Of a stretch of DNA of 64,000 nt, positions 60,575 to 64,000 are shown piece after piece; position 1 is the first letter of the stretch, and each line of letters begins with the position of its first letter. Under the pieces are notes generated by a model. It was not told where the DNA came from. It ran no database searches and saw only the letters and a program-made list of their open reading frames with translations. The position numbers were made by a program, and so were the translations under genes. This stretch comes from Minisyncoccota bacterium (GTDB taxonomy: Bacteria; Patescibacteriota; Minisyncoccia; Phycocordibacterales; JABAAK01). Location of the stretch: positions 466,026 to 530,025 of the forward strand of contig OY282360.1 of the NCBI GenBank assembly GCA_958295675.1. The letters are read 5' to 3'.

Positions 60575-63148
60575 TTACCGATCAACGACCGGCAGCATCG
60601 CCGCAGCGCAGCGGAAGTCAACGAGTCCCTGACCGAATTCACGGTCAACCCCGGGCTCCCCGATATCCGTCGCGCACGACTTCAGGGCGTGCACCACATC
60701 CTCCGCATCCTCGTAGGTCTGGAAGAGGTGGAACACCGCCGCGCTGAGTGCCGGTGCCGATGCCGAGGTAATCCTCGACTGCTCCACCGCGAAGCACTGC
60801 TCCCTGGTGTCGCCGCACATCATGACACCGGTATCCGGCACGACCGTGCCGTCCTGTCTGCGCACCGCCGCGGTCGCCATCAGCACCTTACCGGTCCTGA
60901 CCGCGTCCATCGTTGCGGTATACATCCACCGCCGACCGCCATCATCACAGGTGAAGTACGAATGGTCAGGACGCCACAGGTCCCGATCCGGATTGTCCGG
61001 CGGATCGCACTGATTCACGCTATGGTGGTTCACATTACCGGCACTCGCCACAAATATGATATTGTGCGCAGCAATGTGCTCCGCAGCAAGCCTGTTGAAG
61101 GCGGGCAGTACCGACCGGTTCACCACCAGGGTCTCGGCGCGCAGAGCGGCGTTGTCCGGGTGGGTCAGGAAGCCGTACGCACCGTCCACTACGCGCCAGT
61201 CCGTTATCCCCGGACCGTGCACATGGATGTTCGCTTTCGGCACGCCCTCTTCTTTCATGTTCACATACACCGTCCGCTGGGCATGGCTGCCCTCAAACGC
61301 TTCACCATCAGCCAACTCCGAGATCACCAGTTTGTAGCGGTGTTCGTCATCGTCAGTGATACGACCGATGAGGTCGCGCATGCCGGCGAAGGACAGGGTG
61401 TTGGTTACCGTGATCGGCTCGGTGTGCGTGGCTTCCGCGCCGTAGCGGTCGGTAACGGTCAGGGTGACCGGGTAGGTCGTTGTGGCGGGGTAGCGACCCT
61501 CGTAGCCGTGGCGAGCGCCCCGGGTACGCCCGAAGAACCAGGTACTGTCGTAGACAAACAGGGGGGTCGGACCGGTGCCGGTCGTGGTGTCAACCCGCAG
61601 ACTGTTCTCCCCGAAGTCCCAGGCGTAGTCCGTGAGGTCTCCTTTGGACGCGGTGGCGTCAAAGCGGATGCCGAACGGGATGCCGTCGTCCTCCTCGTAG
61701 GTGAACGATGCTTCCACAGGTCTGGCGATGACCCGAATGCCTGCCGGTGTGTAGGAGAGGTTGGTGAGGTGCCCGGTTGTTGTCTGTATGAGGGACAGCA
61801 GGATGACGGGATTGGTCGCGGTGACCATGAGCCGCCACTTACCGCTGCCGTCGCCGAGTCCCAGATCTTCCAGCCGTTTGGCGGTGAAGGTTTTCACTTC
61901 ATTGCCCCGCAGGGTGATGCGGACTGTACTGTCGCCTTCTCTGCCTCTATCGTCAAAGCCGCGGACGGTGACCGTGGTCACGGCACCCGTGGTGTTGACG
62001 ATTCGCAAACTGCTCTCCCGATCGGTATTGCTGCCCGGGTTGAGTATGGGTACCTGGTGCGTCCGTCCCGCATCACCCACGATATCGTGGAGTGCGGTGA
62101 GAAAACCGTCATCGGTGCGCATGTAGGCGAGTACCTGTAGGTCCAGATCGCCGGAGACCGTCAGCCGCCAGTGACCGGTACCGTCGCCGACACCGGTGAT
62201 ACCTTTGGCGACACTGCCGTTTTCCAGATCATTGGAGTTGAAGTGCCGCACCTGATTGGCGCCGATGGGGATGGTGAACGAGCCCCGTTCGGTGCCCGAG
62301 TCATCCCTGGCGCGTACCGTCACGGTGCCCGCTTCCGGTGAGCGGTTGATGATCCGCGCGAAACTCTGCCTGAACCGCGAGACCGCGGTGAACAGCGGAA
62401 TCGTGGTGCCTTCCGGTGCCGATGAGAGGTTCGTGAGGTAGCCGACCTTGGTGCTCATGAGGGACATGACGACAATGGATTCCGGTGCCGTGACGAGCAA
62501 TCGCCACTTACCGCTTCCGTTGCCGAGTCCTCCGTTCTCCAGGTCTTTCGCGCTCAGGGTACGTGCACCGTTGGGGCGGAGGGATACCGTCACGGGACGG
62601 TCTCCCGCTGCACCCTGATCGTCAGTACCCCGCACGGTTACCGTGATAGTCCGCCCCGACCGATTGATCAGCCGGAGCATACTCTCCTGGTTCACGTTTG
62701 AGGCGGGATTGAAGGTCATGACCCGGTAGACCCCGTCAGGGCCTCGTGCCACGGTGTTGTTCATCGCGGTGAGAAAGCCGTCATCGGTACGCAGGTACGC
62801 GGTGACCGCAATCGGCAGCGCACTGTCCAGTGCGAGCTGCCAGTCACCGGTGCCGTTGCCGATACCGGTGATACCTTTCACGGCATTGCCGTTCTCCAGG
62901 TCGTCTGAGTTGAAGTGGTACACCGCGGATGCAGCGATGCGGAACGAACTCCGGTGCAGGACACCGGCATCGTCACGGGCACGGATTGTGACCGTACCGT
63001 CTCGGTGTGCGAGATTCACGACTCGCGTGAATCCCTGCCGAATACCGTCATTCGCGGGAGCGAACAGCGGTACCGTCTGTGTTTCGCCGACTGCGAATGT
63101 CGCGGTCAGCAGGAAAACAGGCAGGATGCCTGCTGCTCGTCTGTGCAT
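60575..63148 (-). CDS. Secreted modular protein (857 aa): duplicated ~215-aa beta-rich modules + PKD-like domain + C-terminal subtilase-like (degenerate) domain. Markedly GC-rich.
   Basis: Signal peptide MHRRAAGILPVFLLTATFAVG. Two copies of a module each contain two sub-repeats (GTVTIRARDD.G...F.I.A..V.HFNSDDLENG...KGITG.G.GTG.W). PKD-like motif FTYEEDDG...FDATASKGDLTDYAWDFGE. The C-terminus has FVASAGN and TSASAPALSAAV, reminiscent of S8 oxyanion/Ser motifs, but clear Asp/His motifs were not found. Confidence 0.65.
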   Translation of the reverse strand: MHRRAAGILPVFLLTATFAVGETQTVPLFAPANDGIRQGFTRVVNLAHRDGTVTIRARDDAGVLHRSSFRIAASAVYHFNSDDLENGNAVKGITGIGNGTGDWQLALDSALPIAVTAYLRTDDGFLTAMNNTVARGPDGVYRVMTFNPASNVNQESMLRLINRSGRTITVTVRGTDDQGAAGDRPVTVSLRPNGARTLSAKDLENGGLGNGSGKWRLLVTAPESIVVMSLMSTKVGYLTNLSSAPEGTTIPLFTAVSRFRQSFARIINRSPEAGTVTVRARDDSGTERGSFTIPIGANQVRHFNSNDLENGSVAKGITGVGDGTGHWRLTVSGDLDLQVLAYMRTDDGFLTALHDIVGDAGRTHQVPILNPGSNTDRESSLRIVNTTGAVTTVTVRGFDDRGREGDSTVRITLRGNEVKTFTAKRLEDLGLGDGSGKWRLMVTATNPVILLSLIQTTTGHLTNLSYTPAGIRVIARPVEASFTYEEDDGIPFGIRFDATASKGDLTDYAWDFGENSLRVDTTTGTGPTPLFVYDSTWFFGRTRGARHGYEGRYPATTTYPVTLTVTDRYGAEATHTEPITVTNTLSFAGMRDLIGRITDDDEHRYKLVISELADGEAFEGSHAQRTVYVNMKEEGVPKANIHVHGPGITDWRVVDGAYGFLTHPDNAALRAETLVVNRSVLPAFNRLAAEHIAAHNIIFVASAGNVNHHSVNQCDPPDNPDRDLWRPDHSYFTCDDGGRRWMYTATMDAVRTGKVLMATAAVRRQDGTVVPDTGVMMCGDTREQCFAVEQSRITSASAPALSAAVFHLFQTYEDAEDVVHALKSCATDIGEPGVDREFGQGLVDFRCAAAMLPVVDR

Positions 63149-63360
63149 GAGAAACGTCCTCGTTGTGTGTGGAAAGAACAGGGTTCTGGCGGGTAGTGTA
63201 GCATATTTTGCTGGTTTATGCTGTGGCAGATACTGTACAGCGTCTCCTATGTTAATGAATGTATGTTTTGAAACATCTTTGACTTTTTCTTTTTCTTTTT
63301 TTTTATTTTTTTAATTGATAATCAGTATCGCGGTATCCCGCGATGTATACTACGGGGTAA

Positions 63361-63431
63361 CGGACTGTAGCATAATGGTAGTGTGCACGCATGGGGTGCG
63401 TGTGGTTCGGGTTCGATTCCCGGCAGTCCGA
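63361..63431 (+). tRNA. tRNA-Pro (anticodon GGG)
   Basis: Manual fold: acceptor CGGACUG/CAGUCCG, D-arm GCAU-AAUGGUA-GUGU, anticodon stem CACGC/GCGUG with loop AUGGGGU (anticodon GGG), T-arm UCGGG-UUCGAUU-CCCGG and discriminator A. CCA is not encoded. Confidence 0.65.
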
Positions 63432-63514
63432 CTCTGTGTAGCATCATATAGTGGAAAGCAATGTCTTTCTATAGCTCCGCACCATGCTGAATCATGTTTT
63501 GTATCACGCTGCTA

Positions 63515-63958
63515 TTACTGTTGAAGACCGGAAACAAATTCCAGCATCTGCTCTATCTTGCTCTGCAATCGCTCTTCCGTCTCACGCGCTCTGCGGGCGG
63601 TATATGTATCCAAATCCTGCAAAGATAACAATCGTTCCTGGTGTCCCTTCGCGAGGATTGATAATGACATGCGCAGGAATCTGATGAAATGATTGAAAAC
63701 CGCCCTGTCCGAACGGGATACATCAGTGATTGATTCACCGGTTGATTCAATAATTTTAGGAATCAGGTTTCTTTGAATCGGCAGGAAACATAACGGGGAA
63801 TCGGCATAGTACCGCGCCGGTACAAACAGTCCGTCCTCATTCTTTTTATACCCATAATCAATTTGTACGCCGTTTTCATTTATGTGTTCAATCTGATTCA
63901 TTTTTCTTCTGGTTGCCTTTTCTAAATCATCAGAAATAACTTCGTCAACGGAGCACAC
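63515..63958 (-). CDS. Hypothetical protein (147 aa)
   Basis: Intact ORF near the window end. No motif was recognised. Confidence 0.3.
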   Translation of the reverse strand: MCSVDEVISDDLEKATRRKMNQIEHINENGVQIDYGYKKNEDGLFVPARYYADSPLCFLPIQRNLIPKIIESTGESITDVSRSDRAVFNHFIRFLRMSLSILAKGHQERLLSLQDLDTYTARRARETEERLQSKIEQMLEFVSGLQQ

Positions 63959-64000
63959 GACATCGCCTGTTTCCCGGTCAATGATAATGGTGTCAACACC

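Noticed and set aside
60689-62140. 483-aa plus-strand ORF antisense to the GC-rich secreted protein gene
   Set aside because: It is a typical high-GC antisense open frame with no signal peptide or motifs. The minus-strand product has a signal peptide, internal duplicated domains and a PKD motif.

Overview
The window is a 64-kb chromosomal segment of a bacterium that looks reduced in genome content. It is mostly housekeeping genes on the minus strand. They include a 3'-truncated dnaG, rpoC, rpoB, dnaX, a Dus enzyme, serS, uvrB, an FKBP isomerase, a peroxiredoxin, proS, tyrS, a Mur ligase, uvrC, uvrA, thrS and rnhA. Several of these encode shortened proteins: ThrRS lacks the N-terminal TGS region, UvrC has no HhH tail and DnaX is short. 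Together with lamin-tail-domain surface proteins, this fits a Patescibacteria/CPR-like or otherwise host-associated lineage, but that placement is inference.

Four accessory blocks sit between the housekeeping genes:

- **LRV-repeat gene cluster (8.4-12.9 kb).** Four GC-rich tandem genes encode Leucine-rich-repeat-variant (LRV/HEAT-like) repeat proteins. Each gene is followed by the same hairpin terminator and several are preceded by a duplicated promoter. A fifth LRV-like lipoprotein lies at about 20 kb.
- **Unannotated plus-strand paralog family (22.0-29.3 kb and 32.5-35.1 kb).** Nine plus-strand paralogs share an about 150-aa N-terminal domain (MADICKELRKQLHELD...). They carry a variable number (about 4 to 17) of 20-21-aa BspA/LRR-like repeats and a conserved C-terminal tail. 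Conserved about 30-bp junctions join the genes.
- **Non-coding island (47.8-50.0 kb).** It holds a promoter/terminator-bounded sRNA of about 140 nt and two paralogous structured-RNA-like elements of about 450-480 nt. A terminator-promoter module is repeated here, and a small membrane-protein cassette is embedded.
- **Secreted, eukaryote-like domain proteins.** A 1,808-aa Cys-rich protein carries thrombospondin-type-1-like WSxWS repeats, including about 6.5 perfect 249-bp tandem repeats. A separate gene encodes a Spondin_N-like domain. There are two lamin-tail-domain proteins and a SET-domain protein. A very GC-rich gene encodes a secreted modular protein with PKD- and subtilase-like motifs.

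A tRNA-Pro(GGG) lies near the 3' end. No CRISPR array, IS element or prophage was recognised.
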